A DNA stretch of 64,000 bases from Candidatus Spongiisocius sp. (GTDB lineage: Bacteria > Actinomycetota > Acidimicrobiia > Spongiisociales > Spongiisociaceae), in assembly GCA_965203035.1 (NCBI GenBank), contig OZ241858.1, forward strand, positions 2,604,838-2,668,837, in the 5' to 3' direction. The position numbers and the translations under genes are program-made. Each line of letters begins with the position of its first letter. The stretch's first letter is position 1. Below are positions 1 to 10,510 of the stretch, one piece after another. The notes under the pieces were generated by a model that was not told where the DNA came from, searched no databases, and worked only from the letters and a program-made list of their open reading frames with translations.

Positions 1-384
1 AGGCAACTCCCGGTAGGAGTTCAACTCCGAGGCGAGGTGGGCGAACACCTCCTCGTGGGTGAGGGCCAGCACGAGGTCGGCGCCGCGGCGATCCTCGAAC
101 TTGACCATGATCCCCTCTACGTCGTCCCACCGGCCGGTCTTCTTCCACAGCTCCGCCGGATGGACCACGGGCGCCAGGAACTCCTGGCCGCCGATGGCGT
201 TCATCTCCTCCCGGATGATGTCGGATACCTTCGTGGCGACCCGCATTCCGAGCGGGAGCATCGAATAGGAGCCGGCCATGAGCTGGCGGATGAAACCGCC
301 CCGGACCAGCAGGCGGTGGCTGGCGGCAACCGCATCCGCCGGATCGTCGCGGAGGGTGGGAATGAACGTCCGTGACCAGCGCAC
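1..384 (-). CDS. proS: proline--tRNA ligase, N-terminal 128 codons (gene runs off the left edge of the window)
   Basis: Absent from the ORF track because there is no stop in the window. Reverse-strand translation from GTG at 384 gives VRWSRTFIPTLRDDPADAVAASHRLLVRGGFIRQLMAGSYSMLPLGMRVATKVSDIIREEMNAIGGQEF..., a class II ProRS N-terminus. GGAG lies 6 nt upstream of the GTG. Confidence 0.8.
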   Translation of the reverse strand, partial: MRWSRTFIPTLRDDPADAVAASHRLLVRGGFIRQLMAGSYSMLPLGMRVATKVSDIIREEMNAIGGQEFLAPVVHPAELWKKTGRWDDVEGIMVKFEDRRGADLVLALTHEEVFAHLASELNSYRELP

Positions 385-420
385 CGGAACTCCTACCGGG
401 TAGTCAGAGAAGTCGGGCAG

Positions 421-1629
421 TCATCGAGCCGCGATGTCGGCCACCGCGGCGCGGCGGGCCTCGGCCCGGTTGGCATCCCCCCGGATCCGGATCAGCACCT
501 GGCGGTCCTGGGCGGCCAGGTCGGCGGCCCTATCGTCTGCAGCGGCCATCCGGGCCTCCACGCCCTCGTCGACCAGCTTGCGGGCCTCGTCGAGCAAGGC
601 GTCCACCATCTCGTCCTCCGGCACCACCCGAACCACCTTCCCCTTGATGAACAGGTGCCCGCGGCCCCTCCCGGCGGCGATCCCGAGGTCGGCCTCCCGA
701 GCCTCGCCGGGTCCGTTCACCACGCAGCCCATAACGGCCACCTGGATGGGGAGCTCCGCCTCCTCCAGCCTGGCCTGGGCTGTCTGGGCGACCTCCAGCA
801 CATCGACCTCCGCTCGCCCGCAGCTGGGACAGGCGATCAGGTCCAACCCGGTACGCTCCCGCAGGTCGAGATACTCGAGGAGCTGCCGCCCGGCCTTGGC
901 CTCCTCCACGGGATCGGCGGTCAGCGAGAAGCGGATGGTGTCGCCGATGCCTTCGAGCAGCAGGGTGGCGATGCCGGCCACCGACTTGATCAGTCCACCC
1001 GGTGGAGGGCCCGCCTCGGTGACCCCGAGGTGGAGCGGGTAGCCGACCGTGTCGGCCAGCAGGCGGTAGGAGTCGACCATGGACGGGACATGGGAGTGCT
1101 TGACCGAGATCTTGATGTCGTCGAAGTCCTCCTCGGCCAGGTACTCGATCTCCTTGAGCGCCGACGCCACCAGCGCCTCAGGCGTGGCGGAACCGTATTG
1201 CTTCATCAGATCGCGGTCCAGGCTGCCGGCGTTGACGCCCACCCGGATCGGGATGCCGCGGTCCTTGGCGTCGCGAGCCACGGCCCGGATCTGGTGAGGC
1301 TTCCGGATGTTGCCCGGGTTGAGCCGCAGGCCCTGAACGCCGGCCTCGAGCGCGGCAAGCGCCAGGCGGTACTGGTAATGAATGTCGGCGATGATCGGCA
1401 CCGGCGAGCGAGGCACGATCTCGGCCAGCCCCTCGGCGGCGGCGACATCGTTGCAGGTGATGCGGACGATGTCGGCGCCTGCGCCGGCCAGTGCGTATAC
1501 CTGGGCGAGGGTGCCGTCCACGTCGGCGGTCTTGGTGGTGGTCATCGACTGCACCGAGACCGGAGCGCCGCCCCCCACCGGCACGCGACCCACGTGAATC
1601 TGCCTGGTTCGATCGCGGTGATCCATCAA
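421..1629 (-). CDS. ispG: 4-hydroxy-3-methylbut-2-en-1-yl diphosphate synthase (MEP pathway)
   Basis: 402-aa ORF with VSVQSMTTT, RITCND and NPGNIR segments. The C-terminal CPSCGR and GCVVNGPGE Fe-S motifs are typical of GcpE/IspG. Confidence 0.95.
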   Translation of the reverse strand: MMDHRDRTRQIHVGRVPVGGGAPVSVQSMTTTKTADVDGTLAQVYALAGAGADIVRITCNDVAAAEGLAEIVPRSPVPIIADIHYQYRLALAALEAGVQGLRLNPGNIRKPHQIRAVARDAKDRGIPIRVGVNAGSLDRDLMKQYGSATPEALVASALKEIEYLAEEDFDDIKISVKHSHVPSMVDSYRLLADTVGYPLHLGVTEAGPPPGGLIKSVAGIATLLLEGIGDTIRFSLTADPVEEAKAGRQLLEYLDLRERTGLDLIACPSCGRAEVDVLEVAQTAQARLEEAELPIQVAVMGCVVNGPGEAREADLGIAAGRGRGHLFIKGKVVRVVPEDEMVDALLDEARKLVDEGVEARMAAADDRAADLAAQDRQVLIRIRGDANRAEARRAAVADIAAR

Positions 1630-1740
1630 GCTCCCATGCTACTACCACCCGGTCAGCGGTCAGTGAATGGTGTAACACGGGCCTGTTAGGAACAAGACAC
1701 TAGGTCCGGGGGCCCGAGGAACTCGACTACCGCTAGGTCG

Positions 1741-1790
1741 CCCACTGGCCACTGGCAACCGGCCACTGGCCACTGGCCACTGGCCACTAT
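1741..1790. repeat. 7-bp tandem repeat (CCACTGG)n, seven units of which five are perfect
   Basis: Read directly: cccactgg ccactgg caaccgg ccactgg ccactgg ccactgg ccactat. It lies in the 165-nt spacer between the M50 protease stop (1795) and the ispG start (1629). Confidence 0.9.
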
Positions 1791-1794
1791 TTGG

Positions 1795-2904
1795 CTAGAG
1801 AGTCAGCGGATTGACTATGTCGAGAATGATCGCCACCAGGCCGAGGAACAGCATGAACAGGATCACTACGGCGGCGATGGGGACCAGGTTCCGGTGATCA
1901 ACCCGCCGGCCCGTGACCTTCTCGTAGAGGGCCACGGCGAAATGCCCGCCGTCCAACGGGTACAGGGGCACGCTGTTGAACAGGGCCAGGGTCACGTTCA
2001 CCACGGCCAGGATGAAGACGATGTTGCCGATGCCCACCTCCGAAGCCTGGCTACCGATCCTGACCAGCCCGATGGGACTGACCGGCCTGATCTCTTCAGG
2101 AACATCGCTCTGCCCGGCCAGCACGCCGCCCAATTCGAGCAGCGATCCGGGCCGGACGATGCGGGAGATGGCGTCCAGCGCGCCGGAGATGATCGCCCAC
2201 TCCGCCGCAGCCGCCCGTCCGGCTGCCGTGACGGGCCCGATCGAGACCCGCCGCGCCTCGGGCGAGACCCCTAGGAAGCCGACGGCTTCACCGGTCTGGG
2301 GATGGAAGGAGCCCAGGGTGACCGTCAGCGAGCGGAGACGGCCGTCGCGGACCACTTCGAGGGCGACGGTCTCGCCCGGGCGGCTCATTATCAGCTGCAC
2401 CGCCTGTTCCCAACCTTCCAGGGCCACGCCGTCGATGGCAGTCAGGACGTCTCCGTCCAGCACACCCGCGACGGCGGCCGGACTGGGCACGCCCGGGGAG
2501 ATCTCGGGGCTCACCCTCTGCACTGCGGTGGTCAACTCGGCGGCGCCCGAGTACCAGAACAGGCCGAACAGCAGCACGTACGCCGTCAGGAGGTTGAGCG
2601 TCACCCCGGACAGGACCACCACCGATTTCTTCCAGAAGGGCTGCTCCCGGTACGCCCGGCCTGCGTCGGCCGGGTCGATCCTCTCGCCGATGGTCATGCC
2701 GGCAATCCGCACGTAGCCGCCGAACAAGAGTGCCTTCACGCCGAATTCGGTCTCTCCACGGCGGAATGACCACAGTCGAGGCCCGAAGCCGAGGAAGAAC
2801 TCGGTGGCCTTCATCCCGGTGGCGCGGGCTGCCCAGTAGTGGCCGGCCTCGTGCACGACGATGAACGCCGAGATGGCCACCACCATCAGTATTCCGCCGG
2901 CCAA
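1795..2904 (-). CDS. rseP: M50 site-2 (RIP) zinc metalloprotease with PDZ domain
   Basis: 369 aa with an HEAGH zinc motif near the N-terminus, multiple TM segments and a central PDZ-like region. The C-terminal NSVPLYPLDGG motif and the position between dxr and ispG match actinobacterial rip1. Confidence 0.85.
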   Translation of the reverse strand: MAGGILMVVAISAFIVVHEAGHYWAARATGMKATEFFLGFGPRLWSFRRGETEFGVKALLFGGYVRIAGMTIGERIDPADAGRAYREQPFWKKSVVVLSGVTLNLLTAYVLLFGLFWYSGAAELTTAVQRVSPEISPGVPSPAAVAGVLDGDVLTAIDGVALEGWEQAVQLIMSRPGETVALEVVRDGRLRSLTVTLGSFHPQTGEAVGFLGVSPEARRVSIGPVTAAGRAAAAEWAIISGALDAISRIVRPGSLLELGGVLAGQSDVPEEIRPVSPIGLVRIGSQASEVGIGNIVFILAVVNVTLALFNSVPLYPLDGGHFAVALYEKVTGRRVDHRNLVPIAAVVILFMLFLGLVAIILDIVNPLTL

Positions 2905-2914
2905 ACTCCCTCCT

Positions 2915-4048
2915 CTACCGGCGCTCCACCGCGGAGTGAGCGGCTCGCCGGGCAGCCTGGTCGGCTTCGATCACCACACCGATCGAAGATGCTTCCATTG
3001 CTTGATGACCCTCGAGTACCTCGGCGATCACGGCGGGAATATCGAGAAACCCGATCCGCCGCTCCAGGAAGGCGGCCACGGCCACCTCGTCAGCGGCGTT
3101 GAAGGCCGCCGGGACGGTTCCGCCCGCCCTTCCTGCGGCGTAGGCGAGGTCGAGCGCAGGAAAGGCGTCGCGGTCAACCGCCTCGAACGTCAGATCGGAC
3201 CGGGTCAGGTCGAACCGACCGAAGCCACCAGGTGAGCGTTGCGGATAGGTGAGGGCGTACTGGATCGGGATCCGCATGTCGGTGGCGCCCAGATGAGCCT
3301 TCAGCGATCCGTCCACAAACTCCACCAGCGAGTGGACGATGCTCTGCGGATGGACCACCACATCCACCTTCTCGAATGCCAGACCGAAAAGAAAGTGGGC
3401 CTCTATCACCTCCAGGCCCTTGTTCACCAGCGTGGCCGAGTCGATGGTTATCCGGGGCCCCATGTTCCAGGTGGGATGGGCCAGGGCCTCATCGACTCCC
3501 ACCCGGCCCAGCCGCTCCCTGTCGCGGCCTCGAAAGGGACCGCCGGAAGCTGTCAACACCAGGCGCGAGACCTCGGGAATCCGTTCCCCGACCATGCACT
3601 GGAACAATGCGGAGTGCTCCGAGTCGACCGGAACCAACTCGCCGTGGCGGGCGGCCGCCATCACCAACTCCCCACCCACGACCAGGCTTTCCTTGTTGGC
3701 CAGAGCGAGACGGTTACCGACCTTCAGCGCGGCTATGGAAGCTTCGAGACCCGCCGACCCCACCACCCCGTTGACCACTGTCGAGCCGGGGTGCTGAGCC
3801 ATTTCCACCAGCGCTGCGGCGCCGGAGGCGTAGCGATCGGCGAACTGACGGCGAAAGCGGTCATGGCCGGCCGGGCCGGGCGCCACCGCCACCACGGCGG
3901 CACGGGGGTAGCGGTCGGCCAACCGGGCGAGGTCGTCCCCTGCTCGCCGCGCTGCCAGTCCCACCACCCGGACGCCGAGGCGGTCCGCAACTTCCAGTGT
4001 CTGGCGACCGATGGACCCCGTCGCCCCCAGGACGACAACGGGCTTCAC
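2915..4048 (-). CDS. dxr: 1-deoxy-D-xylulose 5-phosphate reductoisomerase
   Basis: 377 aa with the N-terminal VLGATGSIG NADPH-binding motif. LANKESLV and the SEHSA motif are typical of Dxr. Confidence 0.95.
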   Translation of the reverse strand: MKPVVVLGATGSIGRQTLEVADRLGVRVVGLAARRAGDDLARLADRYPRAAVVAVAPGPAGHDRFRRQFADRYASGAAALVEMAQHPGSTVVNGVVGSAGLEASIAALKVGNRLALANKESLVVGGELVMAAARHGELVPVDSEHSALFQCMVGERIPEVSRLVLTASGGPFRGRDRERLGRVGVDEALAHPTWNMGPRITIDSATLVNKGLEVIEAHFLFGLAFEKVDVVVHPQSIVHSLVEFVDGSLKAHLGATDMRIPIQYALTYPQRSPGGFGRFDLTRSDLTFEAVDRDAFPALDLAYAAGRAGGTVPAAFNAADEVAVAAFLERRIGFLDIPAVIAEVLEGHQAMEASSIGVVIEADQAARRAAHSAVERR

Positions 4049-5154
4049 AGGTGTCCGAACCAGAGATACACCAGATAGGCGGTAGGAATCGCGAACACGA
4101 AGGAGTCCAGCCGATCCAGCACCCCACCGTGGCCGGGCAGGCTGCTACCCATGTCCTTTATGCCGATGGACCGCTTGACCGCCGACTCGGCCAGGTCGCC
4201 GATGGGTCCGAACACGCTGATGGCCGCTGCCAGCGCGATGGCTGATTGCAGGGTGAGCGGCTCGAGCAACCCGAACCTCCCGATGACAACCCCGGCCAGC
4301 ACAGTGATGACAGTGGCGCCGAGGAACCCCTCCACTGTCTTGTTGGGCGAGAGGGTGGGGGCCATGCGGCGTTTCCCGAGCGTGCGCCCGTAGGAAAAGG
4401 CGGCAATGTCGTTGAGAGCGGTCAACACCACCAGCCCGGTGGTCAAGCCCCACGCTTCGGGGGACCGGAAGATCGGCACCGCGAAGGAGGCCAGGACCGG
4501 CGCCCAGGCCACGCCGAGGACCGTGACTCCGATGTTCGCCAGCGGGTAGTTCCGGCCTGCCATCACGAAGAACAGACCCGACAGCAGGATCACGGCTGCC
4601 AGCACCCCGCTCACCGCGGCGGGTCCGGAATCCCACGCCACGTACATGACGGCCGCGGCCCCGGGCAGGCCGACGAACGCCAGCGGCGTGAAACCGACCT
4701 GGCGGACCCCCTGATAGAACTCCGCGACCGCCACCAGGATCAGGAGGCTGACGAACAGGGTGACCCATAGCGACCCCGCGTAAAGGGATCCGAAGAAAAC
4801 CGCGACCGCTGCCAGGCCGGTGGCGATCCGGAGCGCTAGTTCGGAACGGCGGGCCCGGTCGATCTGCTCGATCTGCTCCGGGTCTTCCTCCTCGACCCCG
4901 GTCACATCCTCGAAACCGACCACACTGGTGCCGACCCCCGGGATGGACGCAGCCACTGCCGACTGCTCGACCTCCTCCTCACCTGCCCGCGCTACCGCTT
5001 CGGCCAGGCCCTTGTATTCCCTCGTGGTTGATCGGATGTAGTCGCGGTCGGTGAACTCGTCGGACTCCGGAGGAGAAGCCTCGGAGCCGGCAGGCTGATC
5101 CCCAGCCTCCTCTTCACCTAACTCGGGGGGCGGATCGGTGCCGTCACCAACCAT
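4045..5154 (-). CDS. cdsA: phosphatidate cytidylyltransferase (CDP-diglyceride synthase)
   Basis: 369 aa. The C-terminal multi-TM part ends in KRSIGIKDMGSSLPGHGGVLDRLDS, the CdsA signature. About 110 aa of acidic N-terminal extension makes the true start uncertain. Confidence 0.8.
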   Translation of the reverse strand: MVGDGTDPPPELGEEEAGDQPAGSEASPPESDEFTDRDYIRSTTREYKGLAEAVARAGEEEVEQSAVAASIPGVGTSVVGFEDVTGVEEEDPEQIEQIDRARRSELALRIATGLAAVAVFFGSLYAGSLWVTLFVSLLILVAVAEFYQGVRQVGFTPLAFVGLPGAAAVMYVAWDSGPAAVSGVLAAVILLSGLFFVMAGRNYPLANIGVTVLGVAWAPVLASFAVPIFRSPEAWGLTTGLVVLTALNDIAAFSYGRTLGKRRMAPTLSPNKTVEGFLGATVITVLAGVVIGRFGLLEPLTLQSAIALAAAISVFGPIGDLAESAVKRSIGIKDMGSSLPGHGGVLDRLDSFVFAIPTAYLVYLWFGHL

Positions 5155-5233
5155 GCGTAACCGTTTCCTCAGGGAACTCGGTCCAGAATACCCCCTGGAG
5201 TGCCGATCACGCGGCTATTCCGAACCGAGAGCG

Positions 5234-5776
5234 CTAGATCTGGAGGAGTTCCCGCTCCTTGTTGGCGAGCAACTCGTCTGTCATCGCGATATAGCGGTCG
5301 GTCTGCTGCTGGAGTTGCTTCTCGGACCTCCAGATCTCGTCCTCCGAATCGCCCAGTTCCCCCAGGTCGCTGCGGGTCGACCTCCGTATGTGGCGGATGG
5401 CGATCCGGCCCTCCTCCGCCATGCTGCGGGCCATCTTGACGAGCTGGCGCCGTCGCTCCCCGGTGAGCGGAGGGAAGACCAGGCGGATCACCTTCCCGTC
5501 GCTGGCCGGGTTCAGATCGAGGCCCGACAGGCGGATGGCCCGCTCGATGGCGACCAGATCGTTCGAATCATGAGGGATCACCACCAGCAGGTTCTCGTGG
5601 CTGGCGGTCCTAGCCAGCTCCAGAAGGGCCACCTTCTCCCCGTAATACTCGACCATGACCCTGGAGAGAACCGCCCCGCTGGCCCGATCGGTGCGGAGCG
5701 TCGCGAACTCGCCCTGCGTGTGCTTCACGGCCGCCGCCATTCGCTCCTCGGCATCCTCGAGCAGTTCATCCAGCAT
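5234..5776 (-). CDS. frr: ribosome recycling factor
   Basis: 180 aa with an RRF-like sequence throughout (LRTDRASGAVLSRVMVEYYG ... PPLTGERRRQLVK). Conserved pyrH-frr pairing. Confidence 0.95.
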   Translation of the reverse strand: MLDELLEDAEERMAAAVKHTQGEFATLRTDRASGAVLSRVMVEYYGEKVALLELARTASHENLLVVIPHDSNDLVAIERAIRLSGLDLNPASDGKVIRLVFPPLTGERRRQLVKMARSMAEEGRIAIRHIRRSTRSDLGELGDSEDEIWRSEKQLQQQTDRYIAMTDELLANKERELLQI

Positions 5777-5802
5777 CCGTCAACCTCCTCTCCAGGTGTG
5801 TC

Positions 5803-6513
5803 TCAACACACCCGGGTACCGATCGACTCGCCCCTCACAGCCCTCCGGATGTTACCGGGATCCAGCAACCGGAACACGACGATCGGCAGCCGGTGGTCCA
5901 TGCACATCGTGACAGCGGTGGTGTCCATCACCTTGAGTCCCGCGTTGATGAACTCCATGTAGCTGATCCGGTCCAGCAACCGGGCATCCTCATGAAGCTC
6001 GGGATCCGCGGAGTAGATCCCCTCTACCTTGCTGGCCTTGAGCATCACCTCGGCGCCGATCTCGACCGCCCGGAGGGCGGCAGCCGTGTCGGTGGTGAAG
6101 AACGGATTACCGCTGCCGGCCGCGAAGATCACCGAACGGCCCTTCTCCAGGTGGCGGATGGCTCGCAAGCGGATGTAGGGCTCGGCCAACTGCTGCATCG
6201 TGATCGCCGACTGCACCCGGCATTCCACACCCCGGGCCTCGATCGCGTCGCGCAGGGCCAGGGCGTTGATGACGGTGGCGAGCATTCCCATGTAGTCGGC
6301 GTTGGCCGGGTCCATGCCGGTGGCTGCGGCGGACACACCCCGGAAAATGTTGCCGCCGCCCACCACGATCCCGATCTGGTTCCCGGCCTCCTGCGACTCG
6401 GCGATCTCTCTCGCGACCCCCAGCACTGTCTCGGGAGAAATGCCGTAGCCGATCGCGGGATCGGCAAAGGCCTCCCCGGACAGCTTCAGCAGGACCCGGC
6501 GGACAGGAGCCAT
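5803..6513 (-). CDS. pyrH: UMP kinase
   Basis: 236 aa with VLLKLSGEA and [11 protein letters not shown] motifs. Confidence 0.95.
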   Translation of the reverse strand: MAPVRRVLLKLSGEAFADPAIGYGISPETVLGVAREIAESQEAGNQIGIVVGGGNIFRGVSAAATGMDPANADYMGMLATVINALALRDAIEARGVECRVQSAITMQQLAEPYIRLRAIRHLEKGRSVIFAAGSGNPFFTTDTAAALRAVEIGAEVMLKASKVEGIYSADPELHEDARLLDRISYMEFINAGLKVMDTTAVTMCMDHRLPIVVFRLLDPGNIRRAVRGESIGTRVC

Positions 6514-6624
6514 CTAGGAGGGTTCCGGGGAACCCGGAACGGGAGGGTTCGCACTGGAGGCATCAACTTTCACACGATGCAGTTTGCCACAAGCCGGCCC
6601 CCACCCGGAACGGAGGGATGACCA

Positions 6625-7890
6625 CTAGCCGAATCCCCGCTCGGTCGCGACCACGGACACCGCATCGGCCAGGCCGCCCAGCATGTGGTCGATTTCCGAT
6701 TCGGTTATGACGAACGGCGGGGATATCTGCAGGACGCCGTAGGCCCCCCGCAGGCCGATCGTGATGATTCCCCGCCGGAAAGCGGCGCGGACCACGGCGT
6801 CGAGCAGTCCCGGATCCTCCGCCAAGGCGTCTTCCGATAGCACCACCGCGGCCAGCAGGCCGGCGGAGCGCGTCGAGTCGACCACCGGATGGCTCTCCAG
6901 GCCCCTCACCCCGGACGCGAGGATCGGGCCCAGTTCGGCGACCCTCGCCACCAAGCCCTCCCGCTCGAGAATATCGAGGTTGACCAGGGCGGCCGCGCAG
7001 GATGCGGCGTGGCCCGAGTAGGTGTAGCCGTGGCGGAATATGGCTCGACCGTCCCAGAAGGGCTCCCGTATCCGCGGCGAGATCAGGACCCCGCCCAGGG
7101 GGGCGTAGCCGGAGGTGACACCCTTCGCGAAGGCAATCACATCAGGGGTGAATCCGTAGTGCTGGACACCGAAGTCGCGGCCCACCCGCCCGAATCCGGT
7201 GATCACCTCGTCTGCCACCAGCAGCACGTCGTGAGCGCGGCACAGCCGCTCGATCTCCGGCCAGTAGCCGTCGGCCGGCGGAACGACTCCCCCCGACCCG
7301 ATCACCGGCTCACCCACGAAGGCGGCGATCCGCCCGCTTTCGCGTTCGAAGAGGTCGGCGACCGCCGACGTGTCATGCGTAGGGACGTGGATGACGTGGG
7401 GCACCAGCGGCCCTCCGTAGCCCTCACTGTTGGAGGGAAGCCCGCCGAGTTCGGTACCCCAGGCGTTCATCCCGTGGTAGCTCAGTTCCCGGGTCACGAA
7501 GATCCGCTTCTCGGGCCGGCCGACAGCGTTCCAGTAGCGACGGATCAGCTTGGCGGCGGTCTCGATCGCGTCGCTGCCGCCGGTGGTCATGAACACCACC
7601 GCGTCGTCGATGGGCGCCATCGCCACCAGCCGGTCGGCCAACTCCCTGGTGGGCACGGTGGTGGTGAAACCGAACGTCGAGTAGGCGGCCAGGTCGGCCA
7701 TCTGATCGGCCACCGCCCCGGCGATCTCCCTGCGGCCGTGTCCTACGTTGCAGTACCAGAGCGAGGCCGTGGCGTCCAGGTACCGATTCCCCTCGGTGTC
7801 ATGGATCCACACCCCGTCGCCCCGACTCATCACGATCTCGTTGCCGGGTACGAGGCCCATGTCGGCATACCCGTGCCAGAAACTGGTCAT
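6625..7890 (-). CDS. class III (omega-type) PLP-dependent aminotransferase
   Basis: 421 aa with LLVADEVITGFGRVG and FAKGVTSGYAPLG (Schiff-base Lys region) motifs. Substrate not assignable. Confidence 0.85.
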   Translation of the reverse strand: MTSFWHGYADMGLVPGNEIVMSRGDGVWIHDTEGNRYLDATASLWYCNVGHGRREIAGAVADQMADLAAYSTFGFTTTVPTRELADRLVAMAPIDDAVVFMTTGGSDAIETAAKLIRRYWNAVGRPEKRIFVTRELSYHGMNAWGTELGGLPSNSEGYGGPLVPHVIHVPTHDTSAVADLFERESGRIAAFVGEPVIGSGGVVPPADGYWPEIERLCRAHDVLLVADEVITGFGRVGRDFGVQHYGFTPDVIAFAKGVTSGYAPLGGVLISPRIREPFWDGRAIFRHGYTYSGHAASCAAALVNLDILEREGLVARVAELGPILASGVRGLESHPVVDSTRSAGLLAAVVLSEDALAEDPGLLDAVVRAAFRRGIITIGLRGAYGVLQISPPFVITESEIDHMLGGLADAVSVVATERGFG

Positions 7891-7990
7891 GTCACCCTTT
7901 CCGGATGGTCGCCACTACTGCAAAGCCTCGCTCAGCCTATCCGCGCACCCCCTTTCGACGGTACGGAACGGCCCGTAGACTGGGCGGCCG

Positions 7991-9013
7991 ATGACGCAGG
8001 TGATGACCGTGAGGGGTCCGATCGAGGGCTCGGAACTGGGCGTCACGCTGCCCCACGAGCACGTGCTCATCTCGATGGCCTACGCGTTCCCGGCCACAGG
8101 CCCGGAGGCGACCCTCCCCATCACGATGGACCAGCTCGGGGTGTTGCGCAACGACATGATGCGGAACATCAACACGATCACCCTTGACGAGTCCTCCGAT
8201 CCGGTGGGTGAATTGGCAACAGCACGGCAGGCAGGGGTGGACACCATCGTCGACCTGACTCCTCCCGAGCTGGGTCGGGACCCGGCCGGGTTGGCGCGGA
8301 TCTCCCGGACGACCGGGGTCAACATCATCTGCGGCACCGGCCATTACCTGCGCCTGCAGCAGCGGCCCGGGACGCGCCGTCTGATCGACGGCTCGCCGCC
8401 CGAGGCCATCGCAGAGCCGATGATCCGCGACCTGACGGAAGGCATCGACGACACCGGGATCCGGGCCGGTGTGATCGGCGAGATCGGCCTGTTCTCGCCG
8501 GTCCATCCGGGAGAGCTCAAGACTCTGGAGGCGGCCGTTCTCGCCCATCGGGCCACCGGCGCTCCGCTGTTCGTGCACCTCATGGAGGTGCCGATCGCCG
8601 AGCAAGCTCTCGAGGTGCTGAGCCGGACCGAACCGGACTGGGATCGGGTGGTCTTCTGCCACATGGACTTCGACATCCGGGATCTGACCTGGCACCGGCG
8701 GGCCCTGGCGCGCGGCATCAACGTGGAGTTCGACTTCTTCGGGAGCACGTGGTGGCCGCACGGCTGGTACCTGCACTTCCCCACCGACCCGCAAAGGCTG
8801 GTCGCCCTCAGCCGGTTGGCGGACGAGGGCTACGCAGGGCAATTGCTGGTAAGCCACGACGTGTGTACCCGCCTCCAGCTGACAGCATACGGGGGATTCG
8901 GCTACGGCTACCTACGCTCGGTGGTGCCGGGGATGGTGGAAGCGTTAGGTCTGGACACCACGCTGCTGGACCGGTTCATGGTCGAGAACACCAGGCGGAT
9001 ACTCACCGGATGA
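7991..9013 (+). CDS. phosphotriesterase-homology (amidohydrolase TIM-barrel) protein
   Basis: 340 aa with the N-terminal GVTLPHEHV metal-ligand motif. Later H/D ligands are spaced as in the PTE/PHP family. Confidence 0.75.
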   Translation: MTQVMTVRGPIEGSELGVTLPHEHVLISMAYAFPATGPEATLPITMDQLGVLRNDMMRNINTITLDESSDPVGELATARQAGVDTIVDLTPPELGRDPAGLARISRTTGVNIICGTGHYLRLQQRPGTRRLIDGSPPEAIAEPMIRDLTEGIDDTGIRAGVIGEIGLFSPVHPGELKTLEAAVLAHRATGAPLFVHLMEVPIAEQALEVLSRTEPDWDRVVFCHMDFDIRDLTWHRRALARGINVEFDFFGSTWWPHGWYLHFPTDPQRLVALSRLADEGYAGQLLVSHDVCTRLQLTAYGGFGYGYLRSVVPGMVEALGLDTTLLDRFMVENTRRILTG

Positions 9014-9034
9014 ACATGCCGCAGTAACTTGCTA

Positions 9035-9082
9035 GGTCTGCCCGGGGAACGAATGGCGGGGGGCCATTACCCCGAACAGACC
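9035..9082. terminator. nested GC-rich hairpin between convergent genes (probable bidirectional terminator)
   Basis: The sequence ggtctg cccgggg aacg aatggc ggggg gccatt a ccccg aa cagacc forms nested inverted repeats. It sits 22 nt after the phosphotriesterase-like stop and 1 nt before the tsf stop. Confidence 0.5.
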
Positions 9083-9083
9083 A

Positions 9084-9704
9084 CTAGGCCTCCTGCTCGC
9101 CGACTGCGAGGCGAGCGAACCGCCGGACGCCGATGTTCTCGCCCATCGAGGCGGCCAGCTCGGTCACCATGTCCCCGACCTTGCCCTCGTACTGATCGGT
9201 CCTGATGTACTCCTGCTCGTAGAGCACATTGTCCTTGTAGAAGGACTTGATCCGACCCTCCACGATCCGCTCGACGATCCGCTCCGGCTTGCCCGAGGCT
9301 ACGGCCTCCCTGGCAATCATCTCCTTCTCCCGGTCGACCAGCTCGCCCGGCACATCCTCGGTCCGCACCCACCTGGGCTGGGCGGCGGCGATGTGCATCG
9401 CCACGTCGCGGGCCATCTTCTGGAACCGGTCGCTCTTCGCGACGAAGTCGGTCTCAGATGCCAGCTCCACGATCACCCCGACGGTCGGATAACCGGAGGG
9501 CTGGTGTACGTAGAAGCCGACGGTGCCCTCGTTGGCGTCCCGTCCGGCCCGCTTCTTGGCATCGGCCAGGCCTTTCTCCCGGAGCAGGTCCTTCGCGCTG
9601 TCCATGTCCCCGTCGCAGTCCACCAGGGCTCTCTTGGCGTCCATCATGCCGACCCCGGTGGCCTTGCGCAGAGCCTGTACGTCCTTGGCTGTGAACTGTG
9701 GCAT
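9084..9704 (-). CDS. tsf: translation elongation factor Ts (short form)
   Basis: 206 aa with the N-terminal UBA-like LRKATGVGMMDAKRAL motif. Sits downstream of rpsB. Confidence 0.95.
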   Translation of the reverse strand: MPQFTAKDVQALRKATGVGMMDAKRALVDCDGDMDSAKDLLREKGLADAKKRAGRDANEGTVGFYVHQPSGYPTVGVIVELASETDFVAKSDRFQKMARDVAMHIAAAQPRWVRTEDVPGELVDREKEMIAREAVASGKPERIVERIVEGRIKSFYKDNVLYEQEYIRTDQYEGKVGDMVTELAASMGENIGVRRFARLAVGEQEA

Positions 9705-9778
9705 CTTTGCTCGTCCTTCGATTCAGGTTCTTGTTGGTGGTTCGTGGCTTGGTGTCTGTGCGGTCCGGAGCTACAGCG

Positions 9779-10510
9779 CTAGCTGTCGTCGCCGTCCTCC
9801 TCGGACTTGCCCTCGGCGGCGGCCAGGGCCTTCTCATTCCCGGCGACGCAGGCGTCGGCGATCGCCGAGGCGATGAGGGAAGCCGATCGGATGGCGTCGT
9901 CGTTCCCGGGAATGATGAAATCGATGTCGTCGGGGTTGCAGTTGGAGTCGACCAGGGCGATCACGGGAATGTCCAAACGCACCGCTTCCCGCACCGCGAT
10001 GTGTTCGGTGTTCAGATCGACCACGAACACGGCCGAAGGGGGTCCGCTCATGTCCGCCACGCCGCCCAGAGTCCTCAGGAGATGGGCGTACTCGCGGCGC
10101 AGGCGGAGGCGCTCCTTCTTCGGCAGCTGTTCCATGTCGCCCGAGGTCTCCATGGCCGCCAACTCCTTCATGTAGAAGATGCGCTGGTTGATAGTCTTGA
10201 AGTTGGTGAGCATGCCACCCAGCCAGCGGAAGCTGACGTACGGCATGTCGACCCGCTGGGCGGATTCCTCGATGGCGGAACGGGCCTGTTTCTTGGTGCC
10301 CACGAACAGAACGGCGCCGCCCTCGGCGACCAGATCCCGGACGAAGGCGTGGGCCCTCTGGACCTCCTCCAGCGTCCGGCGCAGGTCGATGATGTGGATC
10401 CCGTTGCGCTCTCCGAAGATGTACGGGGCCATCTTGGGGTTCCAGCGCCGGGTCTGGTGGCCGAAATGAACTCCGGCTTCGAGTAGCTGCTTCATCGTGA
10501 CGGCAGACAA
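9779..10510 (-). CDS. rpsB: 30S ribosomal protein S2
   Basis: 243 aa beginning [19 protein letters not shown]. Confidence 0.95.
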   Translation of the reverse strand: MSAVTMKQLLEAGVHFGHQTRRWNPKMAPYIFGERNGIHIIDLRRTLEEVQRAHAFVRDLVAEGGAVLFVGTKKQARSAIEESAQRVDMPYVSFRWLGGMLTNFKTINQRIFYMKELAAMETSGDMEQLPKKERLRLRREYAHLLRTLGGVADMSGPPSAVFVVDLNTEHIAVREAVRLDIPVIALVDSNCNPDDIDFIIPGNDDAIRSASLIASAIADACVAGNEKALAAAEGKSEEDGDDS

